A stretch of 64,000 nt of DNA, taken from positions 32,001 through 96,000 of the forward strand of contig CAWFAK010000016.1 of NCBI GenBank assembly GCA_963813715.1, in the 5' to 3' direction. Below are positions 12,357-23,802 of the stretch, piece by piece. Below the pieces are notes generated by a model, which saw only the letters and a program-made list of their open reading frames with translations, ran no database searches and had not been told where the DNA came from. Position numbers and translations under genes: made by a program. The number at the start of each line of letters is the position of its first letter. Position 1 is the first letter of the stretch. The stretch is from an uncultured Planctomycetaceae bacterium (GTDB taxonomy: Bacteria > Planctomycetota > Planctomycetia > Planctomycetales > Planctomycetaceae).

Positions 12357-13276
12357 TCCGGCGCGGCGACGGCGGCGACTGGCTCCTGATCGATCAGATT
12401 CAGCACGCGCGTCTGGCCGCCGAGATCGCTCGCGCGTGGGGCAACAAGCGGTTCAAGCCGCTCACGCGAGATCTTCCCGTAGCATTGGCCGCGCGCGGCG
12501 ACGAAAGGCCCGATGAGGACTGGAGGCTGGCTCGCATTAGCATGGCGATTGCCGTCGCTCGCCACGACGACGGTTGGGGCCAGTGGGACTGGGCGCCGCA
12601 CGTCGATCCGGGGACGGGTCGGCCCCGCGATTTTCGCGAGATGCGGATGCAGGATGCGACGGCGATTTGGACGAGGAGCGTTGCCGCGTGTAACACTAAA
12701 GTGTCCCCGGTCTCTGCCTACGCTGTCAGCCGCCACTTCTGTGATTTGGCCGAACAGGTGCGTGGCTCGGGGCGGCATGATGCGGAAGACCGGGCTGCCG
12801 TCACACGGTTTATTCAGCAACAAGCCGCTCTGAGGGCGCAGCTCGAGTCCGAATCGGCCCGGTTCGGCTGGCAAAACGTGTTTCTTCGGCATCGCGAGCT
12901 GGCGTATCACGTGGTGCAGTTCTTCGATCGCGTGAGTCTGTGGCTTTGCTGTGCCGCGGAGCACGAACCCCAGGCGATGACCGCTCCGCTGGGCGAGGTC
13001 GTCACCTTTTCCTCTCGCCCCGCGGACCCCGCAGAGACTGTCGCCAATTCGGACACTCCGGCTGGTGTGTTCCGGCTGCAGACCGCGCGGCCCGACTATC
13101 GCAAATGGCACGTGGCCATTGAGCCTTATCCGCTCTCTGATGGGCTCCACGAATTCAGCGTCGACGCGCACCGCGTCCCCGCCCGATCGTACGCCGACGA
13201 TGCCGATCTGCAGGCGACGTGGCGCAATGCGCCGAGCGTGCAGTTGGTTTGGTCGTTCGGCCCCGCGCAAGGCTGA
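12353..13276 (+). CDS. DUF3891 family protein
   Basis: WLLIDQIQHARLAAEIARAWGN, ARHDDGW, VSRHF and FDRVSLWLC motifs. ATGA overlap with the upstream gene. Confidence 0.72.
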   Translation: MIRRGDGGDWLLIDQIQHARLAAEIARAWGNKRFKPLTRDLPVALAARGDERPDEDWRLARISMAIAVARHDDGWGQWDWAPHVDPGTGRPRDFREMRMQDATAIWTRSVAACNTKVSPVSAYAVSRHFCDLAEQVRGSGRHDAEDRAAVTRFIQQQAALRAQLESESARFGWQNVFLRHRELAYHVVQFFDRVSLWLCCAAEHEPQAMTAPLGEVVTFSSRPADPAETVANSDTPAGVFRLQTARPDYRKWHVAIEPYPLSDGLHEFSVDAHRVPARSYADDADLQATWRNAPSVQLVWSFGPAQG

Positions 13277-13302
13277 TGCCGCAAGTTGCGTCGGCGGGAC
13301 GT

Positions 13303-14013
13303 CTAGATGATGTCCAGCACGCTCTTGATGCCGATCTCTTCGCGGCTGCCGAAGGGTTCGCCGTAGGCCTTGCCGATCGTCCAGCCCCAGTAGCGGGCCC
13401 GGTCGCGGATGTCGTCGAGAGCGGTCGGGTAAGTGGTGGGCCGGCCGGTGACGAATTGGCTTTGGTATGCCGCCAGCGCCTGCATCTTGGCGTCGATGGC
13501 GTCGCTGATGTCGAGCACGAAGGCCGGCTTGGGGTGAATGCGGAGGTGCACGCTCCAGTAGTAAAACATCCGCGGCGGCCAGAACGGTTCCCCGGCGAGG
13601 TCGCTGCGGGAGAGCTTGGCCCAGAAGCGGGCATCCTCGCAGAGCCGGCTGGCGGCAATGTGGTCCGGGTGCGAATCGTCCCAATAGGGAGCGAAGACAT
13701 AGCGGGGCCGCACGGTTCGCAGCACGCCGGCGAGCGCCCGGCGGGCTTCGAGCGTGGCTTCGACGCTGCGGTTGGGAAGGCCGAGATTCTTTCGCCAAGC
13801 CAGGCCGAGCGCTTCGCTGGCGGCCGCGGTCTCGCGGGCCCGCAGTTCAGGCGAACCATGAGGCGTCGGCTCGCCGTTCGTCAGGTCGAGGATGCCGGTC
13901 CGCAGGCCGGCCCGCCCGCACCGGGCCAGGGTGCCGCCGACGCCGATTTCCGCGTCGTCGGGATGGGTGGCGATCACCAGAATATCTAACGGCTGTATGG
14001 GGTTCTGCGTCAT
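13303..14013 (-). CDS. bshB1: PIG-L family deacetylase, BshB1-like
   Basis: [33 protein letters not shown] motifs. Confidence 0.78.
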   Translation of the reverse strand: MTQNPIQPLDILVIATHPDDAEIGVGGTLARCGRAGLRTGILDLTNGEPTPHGSPELRARETAAASEALGLAWRKNLGLPNRSVEATLEARRALAGVLRTVRPRYVFAPYWDDSHPDHIAASRLCEDARFWAKLSRSDLAGEPFWPPRMFYYWSVHLRIHPKPAFVLDISDAIDAKMQALAAYQSQFVTGRPTTYPTALDDIRDRARYWGWTIGKAYGEPFGSREEIGIKSVLDII

Positions 14014-14182
14014 GCGGCGTGGTTTGGCGGATTAGCTGGGGCGGTTTTTGGTCTTTACGAGAATCGCGCGGATGTCGAGAATGCGGCTCCTCTCCTGCCC
14101 TCTCTGCCTTCACCCCCATCATAGCCAACCCCCCACGGGCTCGCCTGTCGTGCTGCCAGGCGACGCCGATAAAGAGGCCACC

Positions 14183-14467
14183 ATGCGCAGTTGCATTTTG
14201 GCGCTGTTGTTCTATGTCTGCCTCGGTTTGACCTTCGGCTGCATGACGCCCAAGAACGATGCGGACGATCTTCCGCCGGCCGCCGCGCACGGCGCGGGGA
14301 ATTCACTGCCCGGCTCCGTGAGCAAGGAAGACGAAGAGTGGACGAAGATGGGCCGCGAGATGCGCGGCGCCGACCCGCCGCCGGCACAAACCTTTGATCC
14401 GCTCCGCGACTTAATGGAGTCACCTCGAGCGCAATCGATCGAGCGCAGCCTGGGTGTGGACAACTAA
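14183..14467 (+). CDS. Small hypothetical lipoprotein
   Basis: Hydrophobic N-terminus ending in LTFGC lipobox. GAGG upstream of ATG. Confidence 0.6.
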   Translation: MRSCILALLFYVCLGLTFGCMTPKNDADDLPPAAAHGAGNSLPGSVSKEDEEWTKMGREMRGADPPPAQTFDPLRDLMESPRAQSIERSLGVDN

Positions 14468-14500
14468 CGTCGTCGCACGGACGACAATGTCTCTCGCATC

Positions 14501-14532
14501 CGCACCCGAGCGGGGGGCGTGAGCCCCCCGAG
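14501..14532 (+). repeat. REP-like hairpin, left copy
   Basis: CGAG foot followed by CGGGGGGC-GTGA-GCCCCCCG (8-bp perfect stem at 14511-14530). 28/32 identical to the reverse complement of 15171-15202. Confidence 0.8.
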
Positions 14533-14576
14533 ACGACGAAGCCGCGACCGATTTGCAGCTGGCAGGTTGACGCGCC

Positions 14577-15109
14577 TCAATCCTCGCCGCGCTCCGCGAT
14601 AGACACGACGAGCGCCCCGGCTGCTCGCGCACATACTTCACTGCAGCCTCAACCGCGCGTGCGTCTTTCAAGCTCCGTCGCGAGGCCGAGGTCGTCCACC
14701 AGCGACCCCCGGCGGGCCGCGCCCAAGCGGCGTTCAGCGCCCGGCTGGCGTAGCTTTTGAACGTTCGCAGAAGATCGGCCGACGTCACTTCATCGTTGGC
14801 GACGACGACCAGGTGCACGTGATTGCGCATCACGGCCGATGCGAGAAGGCGCCAGCCGCGGTACGCGGCCGTTTCGCGAAACTGTGTGGTGATCCGCTCT
14901 GCCTGGGGGAGCGTGAGAAAAATCGGGGAACCGTTGAGCGCAGCTTGCGCTACAGATTCCAGCTCAGGCAGCGGGCCATCATATGGCGTTCCCGGGATGT
15001 TATGCAGGCGTCGTGGACCGGGAACTTCGCGCATTCGAGTGACTGACCCGCGTCTGTCGCCGGGGAGCCAGCTGCCGTATGTCGTCCAGGTGAGGAGCCA
15101 GGCGCGCAT
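14577..15109 (-). mobile_element. REP-associated tyrosine transposase (RAYT / Y1 HUH family)
   Basis: LLTWTTYGSWLPGD N-terminus, HUH motif VMRNHVHLVV, FKSYASR, candidate catalytic Tyr in VKYVREQ. The called ORF runs to 14420; adding one G to the GGGG run near 14617 gives ...QPGALVVSIAERGED* ending at 14577, before the left hairpin. Confidence 0.8.
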
Positions 15110-15170
15110 GGCGGCGACTTTTAGCTAGCGAGTTTTGTCGGTGAACAAAACGCTCAACATTCTGACGACG

Positions 15171-15202
15171 CTCGGGGGGTTGACACCCCCCGCTCGGGCG
15201 CG
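15171..15202 (-). repeat. REP-like hairpin, right copy
   Basis: Minus strand reads CGAG + CGGGGGGT-GTCA-ACCCCCCG, with a compensatory C-G to T-A change relative to the left copy. Confidence 0.8.
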
Positions 15203-15211
15203 CCGGCGCTC

Positions 15212-15643
15212 TCAGGGTCGCTTCGAAGGCGGGCGTTTGAGGCGGGCGGCGCCGGATGCTCCGCCGCGATCTTCCGCGCTGCCGATGATTCGCTCCACGG
15301 CTTCGAGCAGCACGTCCATGGCGAACGGCTTGCGCAGATACTCGTCGACGCCGAGCATTTCGGCGTAGGCCTTGTGCCGGCCTCCTTCGTTGGCGGTGAT
15401 CATGATCACGCGGGGAGGAGACGGCAGGCCGCGGAGGTATTCGAGAATCGGAAAGCCGCCCATTTTCGGCATCATCATGTCGGTGATGATGAGAGCCGGC
15501 GGGTCGCTGTCGATGATTCGCCGCCCTTCGACGCCGTTTTGCGCAGCCGCCACGCGGTAACCGGCCGCCTGCAGCACGCCTTGAATCGTGCTGGAAATTT
15601 CCCGGTCGTCTTCGATCAACAGGATGGACTTGTCGGCGGGCAT
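15212..15643 (-). CDS. Single-domain response regulator (receiver)
   Basis: [31 protein letters not shown]. Confidence 0.88.
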   Translation of the reverse strand: MPADKSILLIEDDREISSTIQGVLQAAGYRVAAAQNGVEGRRIIDSDPPALIITDMMMPKMGGFPILEYLRGLPSPPRVIMITANEGGRHKAYAEMLGVDEYLRKPFAMDVLLEAVERIIGSAEDRGGASGAARLKRPPSKRP

Positions 15644-15707
15644 GATATTCCCCACGCGTGGGAGGCGGGCTGATCTGGAATCATCGTATGTTTGCCCGCG
15701 AGCGTTC

Positions 15708-17022
15708 TCAAGTCCGCTCGAGCGAGTTGAACACCAGGCCCGACAGCAGCTTCGGATAAAAGTAGGTGCTCTTCGGCGGCATCTTCTCGAACTTCGACGC
15801 GATCGCTTCGACGTGATCGATCCGCGCCGGCGGCACGAGACACGCCAGGTCGCAGCTCTTGGCGGCGATCGCGTCGGTCGCTTCGTCAAGCAGGTGCACG
15901 TACTTGAATTGCGGCGTCGCCTCCGGGTATTCGGCCTTGAGCAAGTGATCGATCACCAGCTTGTGCAACAGGCTCACGCCCAACTCGCGCCACGCCTGGC
16001 TCTGGTCGGCCGCCAGCTTGCGCCATCGGCGACGCGTCAAGGACGCGGGCGAACGACCAGATGCCGTCGGCCGCAGTGCCGAAACCGAACACATCTTGCT
16101 GATCCTCCAACTCCACTCGCTCCCACACGCGGCGGGCCGCTTCGGGGCCCTGGCCCATCGCCTCGACTTCCAGGTTGGACGACAGGGCGCGGGCCACATC
16201 GTCGGCCGACAGATTCGGAAAGCCGGACACGAGCCGGTGCGTCGGCAGGATAGCCAGGCCCGGATCGCTCATGCCGACCAGCATCATCAGCACGAAGTTG
16301 GACGGATCGGATTCGCCCCGGTGCTGTCCCTGCTCGATCAGCCAGTTGCGATAGGTGTTGGCCGTTTCGTAGCGATGATGGCCGTCGGCGATGAACACGG
16401 GGGCCGACCGCATCAGAGAGCGAACCTCGTTGATCGCCGACACGTGCGTCAACGGCCACAGGCGATGAATCACACCCAGGTGATCGATGGCCACGAGAGG
16501 CGTCATTCCTTGAATGGCCGCGTCCAAGTTTTCGTTCACGTCGCCGTCGGGATCGGGATAAAGGCCGAAGACCGGCGAGAGGTTCATCTTGCACGCTTTG
16601 GTGAGCGCCAGGCGATCGGCCTTGGGTCCCGACAACGTCTGCTCGTGCGGATAGATGCGGCCCTTGCCGAATTCCTCCAGGCGCACGCGGCCCAAAAAGC
16701 CCTTGCGGACGTAGCGGCGACCCTCCCAGTCGAATTCCTGGTGGTAAACGTAGAGCGCGTCCTCATGCTCCTGGATGAGGATCCCTTCAGACTGCCAATG
16801 GCGGAGGAACTTCGCGGCCCGCTGGTAGCGGATTTGGGGATCGGTGTCGCCCGGCTCGTCGCGGTTCAGGATCAGGCGGATCACGTTGCAGGGATGCCGC
16901 TCGTACAGATCTCGCTGCTGGTCGGGACTGATCACGTCGTAAGGCGGGGCCGTCACGTCGGACAGATCGCCGACCTGGCCCAGATCGTAGCGCCAGCCCT
17001 GAAACGGATGCACGTCAGCCAT
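15708..17022 (-). CDS. DUF1015 family protein; frameshift near 16020
   Basis: [35 protein letters not shown]-terminal [16 protein letters not shown] lies in the adjacent frame. Confidence 0.85.
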
Positions 17023-17055
17023 CGATGCTCCTCATCTGATTTCGCGGTCGAGCGC

Positions 17056-17753
17056 TCAAGCCACGGGGCTCGGCCGCCCGCGCTCTAATTCGGCGAAGGC
17101 CCGGCGCGCCTCGAGAATGAATCGCGCGACCTTGTCGACGTCCTTGATTCCCGGCGACGATTCGACTCCGCTGGCTACGTCGACGCCCCACGGCCGCACC
17201 GTGGTAATGCCCTCGGCCACGTTTTCGGGACGCAGGCCGCCGGCCAGAATCAGCGGCGGCCACTCCTGGTGGCGATACTCGTCGCGCAGCACGTGCCACG
17301 GAGGCGATTGCCCCGTCCCGCCGTACATGCCCTTCACGAGCGCGTCGGCCAGGCAGGCGTCGGCAATCCATTCGCTCGGCTTGTGGTCCTTGAGATACGT
17401 CTTGAGGTGCGTGAGGCCGGCCAGCCCACCTGAAAGCCGCAAATCCGCCGCGTCACCGGTCCGGCGTCGAGTGCGATCTCGGCCAGGGCGTGTTCCTCAT
17501 CCGCCGAGTGGATCTGCACGCCACTCAAGCCGCATTCGACGACAGTGCGGCGGAGTTCGTCGGCCGACGGTTCCACAAACACGCCGATCCGCTCGATCTG
17601 CGGGCCGACCGCGTTAGCGATCTGACGGGCTGCCGCCACGGAGACGAACCGCGGGCTTTTCGCATAAAAATTCAGTCCGATGGCGTCGGGACGCAGCGCG
17701 GCGATGGCCCGCGCCTGGTTCGGCTCGGTCAGTCCGCAGATTTTGATCCACAT
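17056..17753 (-). CDS. trpF: Phosphoribosylanthranilate isomerase; frameshift near 17440
   Basis: WIKICGLT, GLNFYAKSPR, VQIHS, then YGGTG, LILAGGLRPENV, GVDVASGVESSPGIKD. Confidence 0.88.
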
Positions 17754-17831
17754 GGCTGGAACGTACAAAACTTGGCGGTCACTGGCCAGTCTGTTCGTTG
17801 GCCCCGCTCGTTGGCTGGGGCGCACGCCGCA

Positions 17832-17840
17832 TGTTATGAT
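17832..17840 (+). promoter_or_regulatory. Extended -10 element (TGnTATGAT) upstream of the oxidoreductase gene
   Basis: TGTTATGAT about 35 nt before ATG 17876. Confidence 0.4.
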
Positions 17841-17875
17841 GTGGTTCCACCCACTCCCCACTTGGAGCCCGCCGC

Positions 17876-19183
<1,308 letters not shown>

Positions 19184-19185
19184 CC

Positions 19186-19209
19186 GCGAGTCTGGTAAGA
19201 GCGACTCGC
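19186..19209. terminator. Hairpin between convergent genes
   Basis: GCGAGTC-N10-GACTCGC between stops at 19183 and 19218; no U-tract. Confidence 0.3.
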
Positions 19210-19217
19210 CCTGGCAC

Positions 19218-20669
19218 TTATAGGTGGCCGGCGGGCCGCACGTTCTTGCCCTTGCGGCCGGTCAGGCTGTCGCCGAGATCTTCGCGCGCCGCCTCGCCCA
19301 ACTTTTCCAGCCGGGCGACGACCTCGGGATGCTCGGCGGCCACATCGTGCTGCTCCCCAATGTCCGTTTCCAGATTGAACAGCGACAGCGGCGTTGTGCG
19401 GTCGACGTAGGGCGCGGGTTTGCCGCCGTGGCCTCCCTCGCCTTTCAAGCTGCGATACGTGTGGGGGAAGTGAAGCTTCCAGGGCCCGCTGCGGACCGCC
19501 TGCAGCTCCTGGTTCCAGTAATAGTAGTACGCCTCGTGCGGGCACTTGGCTCCCGCCTCGCCGAATAGCAGCGGGCGGATATCTTTGCCGTCGATGATGT
19601 GATCGGAGGGGACTTCCGCTCCGGCCAGGGCGGCGAACGTGGGCAAGATGTCGATGGTCGCCGCCAGCTCGGTGCATGTGGTGCCAGCTGGGATTTTCCC
19701 GGTCCAGCGCATCACGCAGGGTTCGCGCACGCCCCCCTCCCAGGCCGTCCCTTTGCCCTCGCGGAGCGGGCCGGCTGAGCCGGCGTGGTCACCATAGGAG
19801 AGCCATGGGCCGTTATCCGACGCGAAAATCACGAGCGTTCGCTCATTTAAATGATGCCGGTCGAGGGCGGCCAGAATCTGCCCGACCGACCAGTCGATCT
19901 CCTCGATCACGTCTCCGTAGATCCCGCGTTCCGATTTGCCGCGGAACTTTTCGCTCACGCCCAGCGGCACGTGGGGCATCGTTTGGGCGACGTAGAGAAA
20001 GAACGGCTCCTCATGGTGCGTGTCGATGAAGTGGACCGCCCGCTCGGTGTAGCGGGTCGTCAATTGCGACATGTCGGGATTGGTTTCGACGACGCGGTCG
20101 CCGTCGATCAGGGGCAGCGGCGGGTTGCCGGAAACGCCCCGCTCTTTCTGACCCGGCCGCGGGCCCATGTCGTTGGAGTACGGCAGGCCGAAATATTCGT
20201 CGAAGCCGTGGTGCGTGGGGAGAAACTTCTCGTGGTGGCCGAGGTGCCACTTGCCGAAGATGGCCGAATGATAGCCGAGCGGCTTGAGCACCTGGGCGAT
20301 GGTGTGTTCGCTGTCGCTGATACCGTGGTTCGTCCGCGGGCTGAGCGCCCCCAGAATGCCGACTCGGTTCGGATAGCAGCCGGTCAGAAGGGCCGTCCGC
20401 GATGCCGAGCAAACACCCTGAGCGACGCAAAAGCTTGTGAAGCGGCGGCCGTCGTGCGCCATGCCGTCGAGATTCGGCGTCTGGATTCCCTTCGCTCCGA
20501 AGCATCCGAGGTCTGCGTAGCCGGCGTCGTCGGCGTAAACGATGACGAAGTTGGGACGCGAGACGGCGGCTTTCTCTTGACCGCGGCACGAGTTCGCGTC
20601 GAAAAGACCGCAGAGAACCAGGGCAACCGCAGCGGCTGACAACCGATACACAGAGTTCGACGAATTCAA
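19218..20669 (-). CDS. Arylsulfatase A-like sulfatase
   Basis: [21 protein letters not shown] (CxAxR variant), GKWHLG, SDNG. TTG start inferred from an upstream AGGAG. Confidence 0.88.
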   Translation of the reverse strand: MNSSNSVYRLSAAAVALVLCGLFDANSCRGQEKAAVSRPNFVIVYADDAGYADLGCFGAKGIQTPNLDGMAHDGRRFTSFCVAQGVCSASRTALLTGCYPNRVGILGALSPRTNHGISDSEHTIAQVLKPLGYHSAIFGKWHLGHHEKFLPTHHGFDEYFGLPYSNDMGPRPGQKERGVSGNPPLPLIDGDRVVETNPDMSQLTTRYTERAVHFIDTHHEEPFFLYVAQTMPHVPLGVSEKFRGKSERGIYGDVIEEIDWSVGQILAALDRHHLNERTLVIFASDNGPWLSYGDHAGSAGPLREGKGTAWEGGVREPCVMRWTGKIPAGTTCTELAATIDILPTFAALAGAEVPSDHIIDGKDIRPLLFGEAGAKCPHEAYYYYWNQELQAVRSGPWKLHFPHTYRSLKGEGGHGGKPAPYVDRTTPLSLFNLETDIGEQHDVAAEHPEVVARLEKLGEAAREDLGDSLTGRKGKNVRPAGHL

Positions 20670-20861
20670 GGTGCGCTCCTTGGAAAGATTGTCCCGTTCG
20701 CGTGCCGTCATCTTACGGCGCGAGCCCACAGAAATGCAGCGAAACTGGGGTTTGGCGGCGCCGGACTTGGATTTAAGATTCCGGGCGCTGGGCGCGGGCT
20801 GGAATGTGCCTGAGCGCGTGAGAGAATTCGTGAGAGCCAGACATAAAAGAGAAAAGAAAAC

Positions 20862-20887
20862 CGGCGGGCTGACACCCGCCGCTCGCC
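20862..20887 (-). repeat. REP-like hairpin, dispersed copy
   Basis: Minus strand reads GGCGAG-CGGCGGGT-GTCA-GCCCGCCG, with the same foot, loop and stem length as the RAYT-flanking copies. Confidence 0.65.
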
Positions 20888-20899
20888 AGGCGGTCAACT

Positions 20900-21757
20900 G
20901 TGCAGCCGATTGATCACCGTCCGTCGAAGCCAACGCTCCGTCGCGCGGTGTGTGAGCATTATCGTGCGGTGGCAGTCGGTGAATTCACGGCCGCTGAAGT
21001 AACGTGTCTGGCGGCCGCGCCGGAGCAGATCGTCAATGATCTGCGGGCACTCGTTGTCAAGCGGGGGCGTTCGGCGCTCGTCGTGCGGACGGACCTGACG
21101 ATCGGCGGCAGCCCGACGACCGTGGCTTACAAGCGTTGCGGTAGCCGCACGCGTTTGCGGCAATTTGTCCGCGGCGTGCGGACGTCGGCGGCACTGCGCA
21201 ACTTTCGCCTCGGGCACCGGCTTTTGCAATTGGGAATCGCCACGCCGCGACCGGTGATTGCCGTCTCGCCGCGGTGGCATCAGATCCTTTGTCCTTCTTA
21301 TCTGGCGACGGAGTGGATCGAGGAGGCCGTCCCTCTCGATGCCTTCGCGCGGCGGGTGGCGGCATGGCCGGCGGCTCGACAGCGCAGGGCGCTCTGCGAC
21401 GCTGCCGGGCGCTTGGGTCGATTGATCGGCACGCTGCATGCGCAGGGCATTGCGCACCGCGATCTTAAGTCAGCGAACTTGATTGTTCGCGAGCGGGACG
21501 GCGGAGTCCAAGTCTTCCTGGTCGATCTGGACGGCGCGTCGCGCTTGGGCGTGCGCGCCGACGCCGTGCGGCTCAAGAACCTCGCACGATTGCACGCCGC
21601 GACCAATCGGATGGTGGGCGTTACACCGAGCTTGCGTTGCCGTTTTTTGCTCGCGTATCTGGCGGTCTTCAGCAATTCCTCGGACTGGAAAGCCGTCTGG
21701 AGGCAACTGGGGAAAGCCTCTAGAATCCCACCCCGGTCGCTACGTCGGGCCGGTTGA
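20900..21757 (+). CDS. Lipopolysaccharide kinase family (Kdo/WaaP/InaA)
   Basis: [28 protein letters not shown]. Confidence 0.8.
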   Translation: MQPIDHRPSKPTLRRAVCEHYRAVAVGEFTAAEVTCLAAAPEQIVNDLRALVVKRGRSALVVRTDLTIGGSPTTVAYKRCGSRTRLRQFVRGVRTSAALRNFRLGHRLLQLGIATPRPVIAVSPRWHQILCPSYLATEWIEEAVPLDAFARRVAAWPAARQRRALCDAAGRLGRLIGTLHAQGIAHRDLKSANLIVRERDGGVQVFLVDLDGASRLGVRADAVRLKNLARLHAATNRMVGVTPSLRCRFLLAYLAVFSNSSDWKAVWRQLGKASRIPPRSLRRAG

Positions 21758-21782
21758 TTTCATCAATACGGGCGGACGCAGT

Positions 21783-22477
21783 ATGCACGCCGATTGGGCC
21801 ATCGAGCGGGTCGCCGACACAGCCGCATCGCGCGGTTGGCGGCAGCGACGCGCGACCCGCAGCGTGTGCCGGGCCCTATCCCGCGTGCCGGCCGGTGCCC
21901 CCGTGCTCGACCTCCCCTGCGAAGGCGGATGCTGGCTCGAGCTGTTTGCTCGCCGCGGCTTTCAGGTGACGTGTGCCGATCCGTCCGAGAGCGCGCTCGA
22001 CGGTGCGTCGCGTCGCTGGCACGAAATCGCGCAGTCCAGTCGCGTCAATTCGCCGGAGCCGACGTTCGTCCGCGTCGACCCTCTCCAGACCGGTTTTCCG
22101 TCGCGCCATTTTGCGGCCGTCGTCTGCACCGACTTTTTCGATCGGCAGGGGACGAGCGAGCTGCGGATCGAAGCGCTGCGGGAGTTGCGGCGGATCAGTC
22201 GCGGACCGGTCGTGGTTTCGTTTTGCAATGCCTTTGCGCTCGGCTCGCTGCCGCTGGGAATGAGGCGACAGCGGGCGGCCAAGGGTGCGCGTCGCACGTT
22301 CCCGTGCCGGTGTGGGCCTTCTTGAACGATCTGCGGCGGGCCGGGCTCAACCCGATTGCCCGACACGCCGTGTTGTGGGGGATTTCGCCGCTGTGGCACA
22401 TCGTCAGCGTGCCGGCGAGCGGCCGTGTGGACGGCTGGCTCGGCACGCCGCGGACGGAACGCACCAAGGCCGCCTGA
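21783..22477 (+). CDS. Class I SAM-dependent methyltransferase-like; frameshift near 22295
   Basis: VLDLPCEGG, VTCADPS, ALRELRRIS. C-terminus VPVWAFLNDLRRAGL lies in the adjacent frame. Confidence 0.62.
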
Positions 22478-22549
22478 GGTAGGGCCGGCTTTCGATCGGC
22501 AGGCGGGTCGCCAGCGCATTCTTATAGGGACCAAACGCGGGTCATGTGA

Positions 22550-23556
22550 ATGAAGATCGCTTTTCTCAGCACGCGGCCGTCGAAACCGAGTTACCGGTTT
22601 CGCATTGAGCAGATGGTGCCCTACTTCACGGCCCGACGCCATCAGTGCGACACATTCTTCTTGCCGTCCAATGCCTGGGGGCGGCTGTTGCTCTATCGCA
22701 AGCTGGCCCCGTACGACGCGGTCGTGCTGCAAAAGCGACTGTTGAGTCGCGTCGAGTTGTTCGTGTTGCGGAACCGTGTGCAACGCCTGATCTACGACGT
22801 CGACGATGCCGTGATGTACACGTCCAAGCGGCGACGATCATTCGCGGCGTCGGGGTCGCTTCACAGCCATGATGCGGGCGGCCGACCTGGTCGTCTGCGG
22901 CAACAAGTTCCTGGCCGAAGAGGCCGCCCGCGACAGCGAACCGCATTCTCGTCGTGCCCACGTGCATCAATACCGACGCCTATCGCCCCGGCTTGCGAGT
23001 CGAACGGCCGCAGACGCTGACCGTCGGCTGGACGGGCAGCCGCAGCACGAACGCGTATCTCAACGACATCTTTCCCGCGTTGGCACAGCTGCATGGTCCG
23101 GTGCAGGTGAAGATCATTTCAGACACGGCCGAGGGTTTCGATTTTTCGCGACTCGGGCGCGTGCCGCACGTCTTCGTGCCGTGGAATCCGAAAACAGAAA
23201 TCGCCGAGACGGCGTCGTTCGACGTCGGGCTGATGCCGTTGCCCGACAATCGCTGGACGCAGGGCAAGTGCGGCTTCAAGGCGCTGCAGTATCTTTCGCT
23301 GGGAATTCCCGCCGTCTGCAGCCCGGTCGGCGTAAATCGCGACATTATTCATGACGGCGTCGACGGTTTCTTTGCCGAGCGTCTCCCGGATTGGTTTCCG
23401 GTGGTCGCACGGCTGCTGAAGGATTCGTTTTTGCGAGAGACGATCGGCCGCGCCGGGCGACGCCGCGTCGAGAAAGCCTTTTCCCTTGCGACGCACGGGC
23501 CCCGCCTGGTGCAGGCCATCGAGCAGGCCGGCAGTCCGCTGCGGAAAACGGCCTGA
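22550..23556 (+). CDS. Glycosyltransferase family 4; frameshifts near 22835 and 22940
   Basis: PSYRFR, IYDVDDA, VGWTGS, DVGLMPL...GKCGFKALQY...SPVGVN. Confidence 0.82.
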
Positions 23557-23802
23557 CCAGCGGTGTCAGCGTGCCGCGACGGGATCGGTCGTGCGGACGC
23601 GGCACACTACCCGTTCGTGCGGTGTCGTCCGAACAACCGAAACAGACCGCCCGCTTTTCCGGCACCGGCGTTCGACGAATCGCCTGGGACTCATTCCTGG
23701 CCGCCGGTCGGTCGAAAAGCATCTTGCATCGGGCCCGGCCGCCCCGCGCGCCGCGGTGCGCGCTGACTTTCCTTTCCTCCGCTGCCGGCACGATCGTGCA
23801 CG

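Noticed and set aside
13303..14013. Bacillithiol biosynthesis cluster
   Set aside because: Only the deacetylase is present; no bshA or bshC is adjacent, so the pathway cannot be claimed from this window.
14165..14172. Sigma28-like GCCGATAA box upstream of the small lipoprotein
   Set aside because: No matching -35 element, and it is very close to the start codon.
14420..14576. RAYT C-terminal extension through the left hairpin and lipoprotein gene
   Set aside because: One missing G in a homopolymer explains it, and the corrected stop lies before the hairpin.
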